From Deltaproteobacteria bacterium (lineage in GTDB: Bacteria; Desulfobacterota; Desulfomonilia; UBA1062): a stretch of DNA of 64,000 nucleotides. This document shows, in pieces, positions 31,434 to 41,898 of the stretch. Positions within the stretch are counted from its first letter, which is position 1. Each line of letters begins with the position of its first letter. Location of the stretch: the NCBI GenBank assembly GCA_029552245.1, contig JAKPDW010000017.1:48368-112367 (forward strand), read 5' to 3'. Position numbers and translations under genes: made by a program. Under the pieces are notes generated by a model, which did not search any database, was not told the origin of the DNA, and saw only the letters and a list, made by a program, of their open reading frames with translations.

Positions 31434-33695
31434 ATGAGCGGCATCTACGAGACCATTGTCGAAAACGCAAACGAGTTCATCGTCGTCATCCAGAACGGCC
31501 GTATCCGTTTCTTGAACCGGAAGGCCCGCGGACTCCCGTGCTTTGCCTGCGACAGCGGGCAAGGTGCGGCGTTCGAGGAGTACATTCACCCGGATGACAG
31601 GCCCCTTGTCCTCGAACGGCTCGAAAGGAGGCTTTCAGGGGACGAGGTCGAGAACGTGTCCGTCTTCAGGATCGTCGATCCTTCCGGGAGACTCTACTGG
31701 GTCGAGGACAACGCGGTTCTCATCGAGTGGGAGGGGAGGCCAGCCGTCCTCAACTTCATCACGGACATCACGGAACAGAAACGCATGGAAACACAGCTGA
31801 AGGAGAGCGAGGAACGCGCGAGGCTCTACCTCGAGCACGCATCCGACCTCATCTTCGTGGTGGACCGGCAGGGACGCATCACCACCATCTCCCCGAGGGT
31901 TGAAGGCGTGATCGGCTACTGCGCGAGGGAGCTCTTGAACAAAAACGTGCGCGAGCTCGACATCTTGGCTGACGGATATATCCGGAAGGCCATCGAGCAG
32001 GTCAAACGCGTTCTCGACGGGCAGAGGATCCAGTCCTCGCTGTACGAGGTCATTGCGAAGGACGGGGTCTCTCGGTACGTGGAGGTCAGCATGGCCCCCC
32101 TGACACTTGGCGAAGAACGTTCCCATGTGATCTGCGTGGCCAGGGACGTGACCGACCGGAAGAGCATGGAAGAGACCCTCAAGAGGATCGAGACGAGGTA
32201 CCGCGAGTTCCTGGAGGAGATCGAGGACGGGTACTTCGAGGTGAACCTGAATGGCGATTTCACCTTCTTCAACAGCGTCATGTGCAGGATCCTGGGATAC
32301 CCGCAGGAAATGATGCTCGGGATGAACTACAGGCGCTTCATGGACGAGGCAACCGCGGAAAAGGTCTTCTCCGCCTTCAACCAGGTCTACAGGACGGGGG
32401 AGCCTGCCAAGGGCTTCGAGTGGTCTCTCATAAAAAACGACGGCACCGCGTGCCATGTCGAGACCACGGTCGCGCTCATGAGGGGGGAGGACGGCATGCC
32501 GTCCGGGTTCAGGGGAACTGTGAGGGACGTCACCGAACAGAAACGCCTGGAGGCGCACCTCCACCAGGCACAGAAGATGGAGGCGCTCGGGACGCTCGCA
32601 GGGGGTATCGCCCACGACTTCAACAACATCCTCTCCGGGATCCTGGGCTATGCGGAACTCGCACTCATGGACTCAGGCGCCGATGAGTGGGTGTCTCACC
32701 GTATCGGCCAAATCGTGAAGGCGTGCCAGAGGGCGAAGTCACTGGTGAACCAGATCCTCTCGTTCAGCAGGAGAGGGGAGGCGACCATACGACCCGTCAT
32801 CCTGAAAAACGAGGTGGAGGAGGCGCTGAAGCTGATCAGGGCGTCCATACCCTCGAACATCGAAATACGGACCGCCCTGGGCGCGGCCGAGGAGATCGTG
32901 CATGCCGACCCTGCCCGGATACACCAGATCGTCGTGAACCTCTGCACCAATGCCTACCACGCCGTCAAACAGACAGGCGGGCTCATCGAGGTCAGGCTCT
33001 CGGTGGCGGGCGGCCCTGTCGCGGGGTGCGCCGCGGGGGAAGGCCTCGACGGGGCTCGATACGTGGAACTCGTGGTCGAGGACTCGGGTTGCGGGATGAA
33101 CCAGGATACCCTCGAGAGGATCTTCGACCCCTATTTCACCACCAAGCCCAAGGGTGAGGGGACCGGGCTCGGGCTCGCGATCGTGCACACGATCGTCAGG
33201 GACATGGGAGGGGCCATACGGGTGAGCAGCATCCCGGGCAAGGGGTCGTCCTTCCACGTGTACCTCCCCTCGCACACCGGTTGTGTGAGAGAGAAGGTCT
33301 TTCCCACAAAGGCCCCGACCGGCGGGAACGAGCACGTGCTCGTGGTGGACGACGAGCGGGCCATTGTGGACATAACCTCCCAGATGCTGAAGAGGCTCGG
33401 CTACCGGGTGACCGCCTTCATGGACAGCGTGGAGGCCCTCGAGCACTTCAGGCGCAGCAAAGAGGGCTATGACGTGGTGATCACGGACCTCACCATGCCG
33501 AAGATGAACGGCGACCTCCTCGCAGAGCAGATCGTCAGCATCAGGCCCGACATACCGGTCATCCTCTGTACGGGATACTCCAGCGAGGTCTCCAGGGAGC
33601 GGGTTCTCAGGGCGGGGGTGACCGAGGTGCTGGCCAAGCCGGTGAGCCTCGACCTGCTCGCCCAGTCCGTGCGGAACGTCCTCGACGGAAGGTGA
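31434..33695 (+). CDS. Cytoplasmic multi-PAS hybrid sensor histidine kinase/response regulator
   Basis: No TM segment, three to four PAS/PAC blocks, then H-box IAHDFNNILSGILGYAELAL, the HATPase_c region (GTGLGLAIVHTIVRDMGG) and a REC domain (VVDDE...VITDLTMPKMNGDLL). The start was refined to the internal ATG at 31434. Confidence 0.85.
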   Translation: MSGIYETIVENANEFIVVIQNGRIRFLNRKARGLPCFACDSGQGAAFEEYIHPDDRPLVLERLERRLSGDEVENVSVFRIVDPSGRLYWVEDNAVLIEWEGRPAVLNFITDITEQKRMETQLKESEERARLYLEHASDLIFVVDRQGRITTISPRVEGVIGYCARELLNKNVRELDILADGYIRKAIEQVKRVLDGQRIQSSLYEVIAKDGVSRYVEVSMAPLTLGEERSHVICVARDVTDRKSMEETLKRIETRYREFLEEIEDGYFEVNLNGDFTFFNSVMCRILGYPQEMMLGMNYRRFMDEATAEKVFSAFNQVYRTGEPAKGFEWSLIKNDGTACHVETTVALMRGEDGMPSGFRGTVRDVTEQKRLEAHLHQAQKMEALGTLAGGIAHDFNNILSGILGYAELALMDSGADEWVSHRIGQIVKACQRAKSLVNQILSFSRRGEATIRPVILKNEVEEALKLIRASIPSNIEIRTALGAAEEIVHADPARIHQIVVNLCTNAYHAVKQTGGLIEVRLSVAGGPVAGCAAGEGLDGARYVELVVEDSGCGMNQDTLERIFDPYFTTKPKGEGTGLGLAIVHTIVRDMGGAIRVSSIPGKGSSFHVYLPSHTGCVREKVFPTKAPTGGNEHVLVVDDERAIVDITSQMLKRLGYRVTAFMDSVEALEHFRRSKEGYDVVITDLTMPKMNGDLLAEQIVSIRPDIPVILCTGYSSEVSRERVLRAGVTEVLAKPVSLDLLAQSVRNVLDGR

Positions 33696-34077
33696 AAGCC
33701 CCCATGCTCGTCCGGCGAAGGTCCGCTGAGGCGGGTGCGACCGGCCCCGGTATCTTCCAGAAGGAACGAGGGAGGGTGGAGGTGCCTGCCCGGTCTCCGC
33801 GAAGTCATGCGTCGCCGGTCCTGGGGTGGTGGTAGGCGCTGGCTGAAAGCTCACCTGGAAGAACCCAGGGCCTGTCCAATCGTTGGAGAAAGGATCATGC
33901 GGCACTGTTGAGCCCGCGAGGAGTCGTCGGCCGACGCCGCGTGGGGATGGCCGGAGTGTCCCTGCGGCATCGGCCTCTCGGTCCGTATGGCATGGGAATT
34001 GTCAAGGATCGTGCGGTGGGGTATATTCCGCCCGTGTCTGCCAGGTCGTGTTTCGAGTACGAGGAAGGAGGTCCGGG

Positions 34078-34566
34078 ATGGGAGGAGATGCGACATTGCC
34101 CCAGGAGTCTACGCCTGCGAAGGGCTCCGGGGACGGGTGCGTGTTCTGCAAGATCGTCAGTGGGGCTGCACCGGCGTACAAGGTGTACGAGGACGAGACC
34201 ACCTTGTGCTTCCTGGACATCCACCCGTACACGAAGGGTCACTGCCTGGTCATACCCAAGCGTCACGTCACCTGGTGGCACGAGATGACCGAAGAGGAGA
34301 CGGCCTCCGTGTTCAAGACGGCGCGGATGTGCGCCCGGAAGATGGTGAAGGCCTTCGGGTGTGATTTCGTGTTCCTGTACGCCCGGGGGCGCCGCATCCC
34401 CCACACGCACATCTTCCTCATACCCACCCACAAGGACGACGTGCTCGACCGCTTCTTCCACGCCCTGGAAAAGTTCCAGGAATCACCGTCGGAGCTGGCT
34501 AGGCTCAAGGACGCAAACGACATGGTCCAGGCCATGGAGATCCTCAGGGAGACGCCTGGAGAGTGA
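34078..34566 (+). CDS. HIT family (histidine triad) hydrolase
   Basis: CVFCKIV...HxHxH-like block PHTHIFLIP. GAGGAAGGAGG RBS. Confidence 0.8.
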   Translation: MGGDATLPQESTPAKGSGDGCVFCKIVSGAAPAYKVYEDETTLCFLDIHPYTKGHCLVIPKRHVTWWHEMTEEETASVFKTARMCARKMVKAFGCDFVFLYARGRRIPHTHIFLIPTHKDDVLDRFFHALEKFQESPSELARLKDANDMVQAMEILRETPGE

Positions 34567-35066
34567 CGTCAAGGCGAGGCGGGCCGGCGTCGTCGAAGAG
34601 CTAGGCCGTGATGCCTGGCTGAAGGCTGGTGAGCGGCGATCGCGTCGCACCGCCGCCTCCCCAGGGTCGCCTGAGCCGTCGCCCTGCCCATGACGATGTC
34701 CCGGGCCGGGATGGGCGGACCTGCACAGAGGTGGTGTTCTCGATGACGCCTGGTCGAGCCCGGCTCATCCGGGCGCCGGCCGCCATCGTCCACAGCACGG
34801 GATACCGTACAGCCACCTCTGATCATGGGTGGACGCATGACGTTTCATCCCCCTCAGAGACACCCTTTATCCAAAGAATGTGCTCGGTATCGGGAATCAT
34901 CGTGCAGCCGCCCGTGCAGTCCCCGGTTTTTTGCGTGGTTCATCGCTCGACAGGGGATATGCTTTTATTAATTATCACGAGATGACGATAAGACAAGAAA
35001 TGAAATAGCCGGCCTTCGTGAAGGCGTACTAAGCGGCGATGATGCGAAGGCTGTTGGAGGCGGGTC

Positions 35067-37037
35067 GTGAAGGGTGTCTATCCGGTGCGGGCGACCGGGG
35101 GACGGTCCTCCCCGAGGAAGGCGAGCGCAGGGGAGCTCCAGAAGATGATCGGCCCCGGCTCGAGCGTCTTCGTGGAGAGCGGGTGCGCGGAGCCCCGGTA
35201 TCTGGTGGACTCGCTCATCATCAGGAACCTCGCTCTCCTGGACGTCCAGGTGTTCACCACCATGCCGCTCGGTCACTATCAGGACTTCGGCGGCGAGACG
35301 GGAGACAGGTTCCGCATCCATTCGTTCTTCGTCACGCCTGGCTTGTCCTCCCCGTTCTCGAGCGGAAAGGCCGACCACATCCCCGTCGGGTCCGAGATGC
35401 TCGAGCGGATGATCCACGAGGGCGGCATCAAGGTCAACACGGCCCTGATCCACGTCACTCCGCCGGACGAGGACGGAACGGTGAGCCTCGGGGTAAGCGT
35501 GGACGTCGTGCGGAAGGTGATCGAGAAGGCGGACACCGTGGTGGCGCAGGTGAATTCCTTTATGCCCTTCACCTACGGCGAAAGCCTCATCGACATCTCG
35601 GACATCGATTACCTCGTCGAACACGACGAGCCGCTCGTGGAGTATGCACCCGAGGAACACGACTACGAGACCAGGATGATCGGGCAACACGTTGCCGGGC
35701 TCGTGCCCGACGGTGCCACGATCCAGCTCGGGTTCGGCAGGATCCCGGATGCGGCGGCCCGCGCCTTGGGGAACAGGCGTGGGTTGTCGATCGTCTCGGA
35801 GACCATCACGAACTCGGTCATGGAGCTCATGAAGGCGGGTGTCGTCGCGAGGGCTGAGCCTGTCGCCGTATCCATGTGCATAGGCGATGCCGAGCTCTTC
35901 CGGTTCGTGCACAAGAACCCCGCCGTGTCGATGCGTTCCCTTGCGGGCTTGTGCGACCCGCAGGATCTCTTGGGCAGGCCGTGTTTCGTCGCGGTCAACG
36001 GCGCCGTCGAGATCGACCTCACCGGGCAGTCGTGCATGAACCTGAGCGAACGCGGCGCGTACCTGGGAGCCCTCGGGCAGCCCCTCTTCCACAGGATGGC
36101 CCAGCTCTCCAGGGAGGGGAAGGCGATCATAGCGCTCAGGTCCACCTCGCGCGACACGAGCATATCGAGGATCGTGCCGAAGTTCACGGACCCGCGGATG
36201 GGCGTGTTCACCACGCAGAGCGAGGTGGAATACGTGGTCACCGAGCAGGGCTGCGTGAACCTCTTCGGGAAGTCCATACGAGAGCGCTCGCTCGAGCTCA
36301 TCACCGTCGCCCATCCCAGGTTCCGCTCATGGCTGTTGGGCGAGGCGAAACGGCTCTGCTACATCTACCCGGACCAGGTCATGCCCCCCGAGGATGCTGT
36401 CTACCCGGCCGAGTACGAGCACGTAGGGGTCTTCGACGGCAAGGAGGTGTTCATCAGGCCGGCCCGGATCACCGATGAACGGGCCGTGCAGAACCTGTTC
36501 TACTCCATGAGCAACGACGACAGGTTCCACCGCTTCCTCATCCAGATCAAGGCGTTCCATCACGCCCAGGCGCAGCGCATGGTCAACTGCGACTACAGGG
36601 ACACCTTCGCCATGGTCGCAGAGGACCGAACAGGCGGGTCGACCCAGGTCGTGGCGGTGGCGCAGATCTGCAAGGATTCGTGCGGAGACGGCCCACAGGA
36701 AGGGGCCGCCTGCGAGTTCGCCGTCATGGTCCATCCCTGCTGGCAGTGCAAAGGTCTCGGGCGGCACCTTCTCGGGTGCATGGTCGAGATAGCCAGGCGG
36801 CTCGGATTCAAGACGCTGAGGATGCACGTCTGGGAGGAGAACGAGCGGATGCTCAAGATGCTGTCCGGCTTCGGCTTTCACATGAATGCCTTCGTAGAGT
36901 ACAACGTGATACGCATGGACTTCGACCTCGAGGGGGTACCGGAGGGGGTCGCAGATCTTCTTCCGGGCGAGACGTGCTCGATGCCGGCGGGTCCACTCTC
37001 CTCGCCGGGCGCAAGCGCGATCCATCGAATCAACTAG
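35067..37037 (+). CDS. Bifunctional acetyl-CoA hydrolase/transferase family domain fused to a C-terminal GNAT N-acetyltransferase (paralog 2)
   Basis: Collinear with 7554..9470 (for example SVFVESGCAEP versus ILLATGSAEP). The C-terminal GNAT region has a CWQCKGLGRHLL-type acetyl-CoA binding motif. The GTG start is uncertain. Confidence 0.8.
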   Translation: MKGVYPVRATGGRSSPRKASAGELQKMIGPGSSVFVESGCAEPRYLVDSLIIRNLALLDVQVFTTMPLGHYQDFGGETGDRFRIHSFFVTPGLSSPFSSGKADHIPVGSEMLERMIHEGGIKVNTALIHVTPPDEDGTVSLGVSVDVVRKVIEKADTVVAQVNSFMPFTYGESLIDISDIDYLVEHDEPLVEYAPEEHDYETRMIGQHVAGLVPDGATIQLGFGRIPDAAARALGNRRGLSIVSETITNSVMELMKAGVVARAEPVAVSMCIGDAELFRFVHKNPAVSMRSLAGLCDPQDLLGRPCFVAVNGAVEIDLTGQSCMNLSERGAYLGALGQPLFHRMAQLSREGKAIIALRSTSRDTSISRIVPKFTDPRMGVFTTQSEVEYVVTEQGCVNLFGKSIRERSLELITVAHPRFRSWLLGEAKRLCYIYPDQVMPPEDAVYPAEYEHVGVFDGKEVFIRPARITDERAVQNLFYSMSNDDRFHRFLIQIKAFHHAQAQRMVNCDYRDTFAMVAEDRTGGSTQVVAVAQICKDSCGDGPQEGAACEFAVMVHPCWQCKGLGRHLLGCMVEIARRLGFKTLRMHVWEENERMLKMLSGFGFHMNAFVEYNVIRMDFDLEGVPEGVADLLPGETCSMPAGPLSSPGASAIHRIN

Positions 37038-37253
37038 ACACCGCCAGCCCGCAGGAACGACCCTTCTCCTGTCATGCGCACCCCGACCCTAGTCTGCACA
37101 CCCGGTGCGAGGGCGGTCTTAAGGGAGCCGCCCAGTCCCTCGGGGAGCGCGCCGGGACCGGGGAAGACCGGTGAGCCGGCCATGCATGCGGATACGGCCC
37201 CCGGCGGGGCGCGGTCTTGACCGTGGCGTGCCTCAGGGAATAATGATGGTGCC

Positions 37254-38540
37254 ATGCCAGGTCCGGATCTGCTCGAGCGCCTCCTGCAAACACTCGCCGG
37301 CCCGTGCGGCGTGAGGCGGGGAGATTCCGTCCTCCTGTGCGTGTCGGGAGGGGTCGATTCCATGGTGCTCTTGCACCTCATGCAGCGGGCCCGGAGTGTC
37401 ATGGGCCTCGATCTCGGGGTGATCCACGTCGACCACGGGCTCAGGAAAGAGGCGTCCCGCGAGGACGCGGCCTTCGTGCAGGAGCGCTGTCTGGCTCAGG
37501 GCGTACCCTTCCACCTCGCCAGCCTCGGCATGGATCCCTCCGTGGGCGATCTCGAGCAGGAAGCCAGGCGTCAGAGGTACCGCGCCGTGTTCGAGTGCTC
37601 AGGCGCCCATGGGTACAAGCTCGTCGCCACCGCCCACACCCTGGACGACCAGGCGGAGACGCTCCTGTACCGCGCCGTGCGCGGCACCGGGGTGAGGGGG
37701 CTCGCTGCCATGGCGCACAGGAGGCCTGACGGCCTCATCCGTCCCCTCCTCGGCGTGACGAGGGCCGAGATCGCGCGGTACGCCCGTGAGAACGGCATAG
37801 CCTTCAGGCTGGATGCAACGAACGAGGATGTGTCGAGGCCCAGGAACCTCATCCGGAGAGAGGTTCTGCCCCTGCTTGAGCGTATCAACCCCGGGGCGGC
37901 CCCGGCCCTGGCCTCGCTCGCATCCATCGCCCGGGAGGAAGGGGCCGTGCTCGAAGAGATGGCGCGGTCGCTCGCGAGGCAGTCCCGCGTCCTCTCGGGA
38001 AGCCTGGTCTCGGTGCACGACGCCTCGATGCTCCTTTCCGCCCCTCTGCCGGTGCTCAGCCGCCTGGTCATCGAGCTCTCCACCTCCGTGGGTGGGTTCG
38101 CCCAGGGGACGTCCTCGCTGCAGGTGGGCCTGGCGCTGGAAGTTGTGCAGGGAAAGAGACGTGCCCACGTCCTTCACCGCAGGCTCAGGATCGAGCGTTC
38201 GGGCGGGCTCGTGGCGGCTCACCGTGTCGTGCCTCCCCCCCTCTACCGGTACCGCGTGGCAGCGGGGACAGGCGGCACGGTCTCGATACCCGAGATCGGT
38301 CTCGACGTGTACGTGGGTCGGACCGTCCCCGGCGACGGGTGTGTGCTCAGGTCATGGATGGAAGGGGACAGGGCCGGAGGACTCAAGGCGACCGAAATCC
38401 TCGCCTCGCTGGAAGTCCCGGTGCTGTTGAGACCCTTCTGGCCGGTTCTCGAGAGCGGGGGGAGCATCGTCGCCGTTGCAGCCGGGACGCCCGGACGGGG
38501 GCCGCTCCTCATGAAAGGGGTGACAGGTCGTGGCCGCTAG
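37254..38540 (+). CDS. tilS: tRNA(Ile)-lysidine synthetase
   Basis: PP-loop LLCVSGGVDSMVLLHL and TilS-type downstream blocks. Confidence 0.85.
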   Translation: MPGPDLLERLLQTLAGPCGVRRGDSVLLCVSGGVDSMVLLHLMQRARSVMGLDLGVIHVDHGLRKEASREDAAFVQERCLAQGVPFHLASLGMDPSVGDLEQEARRQRYRAVFECSGAHGYKLVATAHTLDDQAETLLYRAVRGTGVRGLAAMAHRRPDGLIRPLLGVTRAEIARYARENGIAFRLDATNEDVSRPRNLIRREVLPLLERINPGAAPALASLASIAREEGAVLEEMARSLARQSRVLSGSLVSVHDASMLLSAPLPVLSRLVIELSTSVGGFAQGTSSLQVGLALEVVQGKRRAHVLHRRLRIERSGGLVAAHRVVPPPLYRYRVAAGTGGTVSIPEIGLDVYVGRTVPGDGCVLRSWMEGDRAGGLKATEILASLEVPVLLRPFWPVLESGGSIVAVAAGTPGRGPLLMKGVTGRGR

Positions 38541-41500
38541 CCTCGTCGAGAGCCTCGGGTCGATCGATGCGGTGGGGTTCCTCCCACCCTCCCTGCAGGC
38601 GCTCGTGGTCGCCTGCACGCTCAGGGCCAGGCGCGCGAGCGTTCTCTGGGTGACCGAGGACACGGAATCCATGGAGAGGGCCGAGGACGACCTCTTGTGC
38701 TTCCTCGAGAAGGGGGAGGTGCATGTCTTCCCGCCCTACGACGTGAGGCCCTACCAGGACGACAGCCCCTCGAAGGAGATACTCGCCTTGAGGATCGATG
38801 CGCTCAGGGCGCTTGCAGGGCGTGCGCCGGCCGTCGTCGTCGCCCCGGTATCCGCGCTTGCGTGTCACACCATCGCCCCTGCCGATCTGAAGTCCCGCGT
38901 CATCGAGGTGAGGCCCTCGGACGTCCTCGACAGGGATGAGTTCGCATCGAGCCTCGCGCTCATGGGATACGTCCGGGAGCCCCTCGTGGAGGACGTCGGC
39001 CAGTTCAGCGTGAGGGGCTCGGTCGTGGACGTCTTCTCGCCGGGCATGGAAAGCCCGGTGCGCATAGACTTGTTCGGCGACGAGGTCAGTGCGGTCAAGG
39101 CGTTCGACATGAGGACGCAGAGGACCACGAAGGCCCTGCCGGGTGCGACGATCCTGCCTGCAGGAGAGATCATCCTCGACCAGGCCGCCATCAGGCGTAT
39201 GAGGCCCGCCTTGAGGAGGCTGGCCGGGGAAGGCGCGAAACCCCTCATCGAGGACATCGAGCACGGCGTGCACGTCCCCGGCCTCGAGCTCTTCCTCCCC
39301 CTCTTCTCCGACGAACCCGCCTGCCTGCTCGACCACCTCGCCCCGGACGCCACCCTCTTCGTGCCCGACGACGAGGATGTGTCCGATGCATGGGACAGGG
39401 TCGCCGAACAGTACTCCCACGGCCACGCCCGGGCCGCCTCGCAGGGAAGGCCGCTCCCGCATCCACAGAGCGTGCTCGTCTCGAAGGAAGGGCTCCTGGA
39501 ACGCATGCGGCGCTCTCACGCGAGGGTCTCCACGACCAGGGCCTTTTCACCGGATACCGTCAGGTACCGGTCCGCCTCGGCGTACCTCCAGGCGGGCAGG
39601 GGCACGGACGCCGTGTTCGACAGGGTGTTGTCGTTGATCACCGGCCTTGGCGGCCTGTACATCTGCTCTTCCGCAGAGATGTTCACAGAGAGGGTGGAGT
39701 ACGCCCTGACCAAGCGGGGGGTCGACGTCGCGCGTGCCCGGGGCGGTTCGATCCTCGAGCGCCAAGGCCCGCCCACCAGGGTCACGGTCGTGCCGGGCAG
39801 CCTGTCGTCGGGGTTCGTGCTCGAAGACCTCGGGATCGCAGTGATAGGCGCAGAAGAGCTCCTCGGCGCGAAGCGAAGGAGGAGGAGGAAACCCTCGGGC
39901 CCCCCGATCTACGACCCGTTCACCCAGCTCGACGTCGGGGACGCGGTGGTTCACAAGGACGCCGGTATCGGGATCTTCCAGGGGGTGGTGCGCCTGGAGG
40001 TCGACGGCACGTCGAGCGACTTCGTGCTCCTCGAGTACCTGGGAGGCGACCGCCTCTACGTCCCCATGTACAGGCTGAACCTCCTCCAGCGCTACGTGGG
40101 CGACGTCGATCGCTTCACCGTCGACAAGCTCGGCGGTACCAGGTGGATACACGCCAAGGCGAAGGCCAGCCAGTCGGTGAAGAGGCTCGCGGGGGAACTG
40201 CTGGAGATGTACGCCAGGAGGCAGGCCGCCCAGGGCTTCTCCTACGACACGACGAACCCCCTGGTGGAAGAGTTCGCCGACGCCTTCCCCTACACGGAGA
40301 CGGACGACCAGCTCAAGGCGGTGGAAGAGACCCTCTCGGACATGGCCGGGCCACGGCCCATGGACAGGCTCATCTGCGGGGACGTGGGGTACGGGAAGAC
40401 CGAGGTGGCCATGCGCGCCGCCTTCGTGGCGGTCATGAGCGGCAAGCAGGTCGCCGTCCTGGTGCCTACCACCCTCCTGGCCCACCAGCACCTGAGGACG
40501 TTCAGGGAACGGATGGAGGGCTGGCCCATCAGGGTCGAGGTCCTGTCGAGCATGAAGGGCGCGTCCCGCAGAGACGACGTGCTCCAGGAGATCGAATCGG
40601 GCAAGGTCGACATCGTCATCGGGACGCATGCCCTCCTCTCGGACAGGGTGAAGTTCAAGGACCTCGGTCTCCTCGTCGTCGACGAGGAGCACCGGTTCGG
40701 CGTGCGGCACAAGGAGCTCATCAAGGCAAGGAGGGCTCAGGTCGACGTCCTGACCCTGACCGCCACCCCCATCCCGAGGACCCTCAACTTCGCCATATCG
40801 GGCCTGCGGGAGCTCTCCGTCATCGAGACGCCGCCTGCGGAACGGAAGGCCGTGGACACCGTGATCAGCCGTTACGACGAGGACGCCGTGGCCGCTGCCA
40901 TCACCCGCGAGCTCGACAGGGGGGGCCAGGTCTTCTACGTGCACAACCAGGTGGCCACCATCGAGGAGGCGGCGGGTCGCGTCCAGACGCTGTGCCCCCG
41001 CGCGAGGGTGGGGGTCGCCCATGGCCAGATGCCGAGGTCGAAGCTGGAAAAGGTCATGTCCGCCTTCCTGGACAGGAAGATCACCGTGCTCGTCGCATCG
41101 GCCATCATAAGCTCGGGCATCGACATCCCGAACGCCAACACCATCATCATCGACAGGGCGGACAAGTTCGGCCTTGCGGACCTGTACCAGCTCAGGGGAA
41201 GGGTGGGGAGGTCCAAGACCAAGGGTTACTGCCTCCTCTTGCTGCCCGAGGTCGGGCAGATCACCAAGGATGCACGCAAGCGGCTCGCAGCGGTGAAGGA
41301 GTACGAGTCGCTGGGCGCGGGTTTTCACATGGCGCTTCGAGACATGGAAATCCGGGGGGTGGGGGACATCCTCGGCAGGGCGCAGTGGGGGCACGTCACC
41401 GCCATCGGGTTCGAACTCTACCAGGAGATGCTCAAGGAGGCGGTCGACAGGCTCAAGGGCGTCGAGACGAGGCCGAAGGTCGAGCCCGAGATCCATATCG

Positions 41501-41898
41501 GCGTGGACGCGTACATACCCGAAGACTACTGCCCCGACCAGCACCTGAGGCTGGGCCTCTACCGGAGGCTCTTCGCCGCATCCGCCCACGACCTGCCGTC
41601 GATCGTGGCCGAGCTCGAGGACCTCTACGGCCCGCCCCCGGAACCGGTGACATCGCTGCTGGTCGTCTCGGAGATCCGCGACCTCATGAAAAGGCTCGAG
41701 GCGCGCAAGGCCGAGGTACATGACGGAGTGTTGAGGTTGTACGTCGGGCATGATAGCATCGTTGACCTCGAGAGGCTCACGTCCGCCCTCGCGAGGAGGG
41801 GTGGGCGGCTCAGGCCCGAGGGCGTGATCGAGTTCCCGCTCGACGACGCAAGGATCCTCGAGGAAACGAGGGAAGTGCTCTATGAGCTGTGCCAGTGA
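38530..41898 (+). CDS. mfd: Transcription-repair coupling factor
   Basis: 1122 aa with a UvrB-homology N-terminus, the RNAP-interacting domain, DEAD/DEAH helicase motifs (LICGDVGYGKTEVA, DEEHRFGV), the TRG motif and a C-terminal TRCF domain. Confidence 0.95.
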   Translation: MAASLVESLGSIDAVGFLPPSLQALVVACTLRARRASVLWVTEDTESMERAEDDLLCFLEKGEVHVFPPYDVRPYQDDSPSKEILALRIDALRALAGRAPAVVVAPVSALACHTIAPADLKSRVIEVRPSDVLDRDEFASSLALMGYVREPLVEDVGQFSVRGSVVDVFSPGMESPVRIDLFGDEVSAVKAFDMRTQRTTKALPGATILPAGEIILDQAAIRRMRPALRRLAGEGAKPLIEDIEHGVHVPGLELFLPLFSDEPACLLDHLAPDATLFVPDDEDVSDAWDRVAEQYSHGHARAASQGRPLPHPQSVLVSKEGLLERMRRSHARVSTTRAFSPDTVRYRSASAYLQAGRGTDAVFDRVLSLITGLGGLYICSSAEMFTERVEYALTKRGVDVARARGGSILERQGPPTRVTVVPGSLSSGFVLEDLGIAVIGAEELLGAKRRRRRKPSGPPIYDPFTQLDVGDAVVHKDAGIGIFQGVVRLEVDGTSSDFVLLEYLGGDRLYVPMYRLNLLQRYVGDVDRFTVDKLGGTRWIHAKAKASQSVKRLAGELLEMYARRQAAQGFSYDTTNPLVEEFADAFPYTETDDQLKAVEETLSDMAGPRPMDRLICGDVGYGKTEVAMRAAFVAVMSGKQVAVLVPTTLLAHQHLRTFRERMEGWPIRVEVLSSMKGASRRDDVLQEIESGKVDIVIGTHALLSDRVKFKDLGLLVVDEEHRFGVRHKELIKARRAQVDVLTLTATPIPRTLNFAISGLRELSVIETPPAERKAVDTVISRYDEDAVAAAITRELDRGGQVFYVHNQVATIEEAAGRVQTLCPRARVGVAHGQMPRSKLEKVMSAFLDRKITVLVASAIISSGIDIPNANTIIIDRADKFGLADLYQLRGRVGRSKTKGYCLLLLPEVGQITKDARKRLAAVKEYESLGAGFHMALRDMEIRGVGDILGRAQWGHVTAIGFELYQEMLKEAVDRLKGVETRPKVEPEIHIGVDAYIPEDYCPDQHLRLGLYRRLFAASAHDLPSIVAELEDLYGPPPEPVTSLLVVSEIRDLMKRLEARKAEVHDGVLRLYVGHDSIVDLERLTSALARRGGRLRPEGVIEFPLDDARILEETREVLYELCQ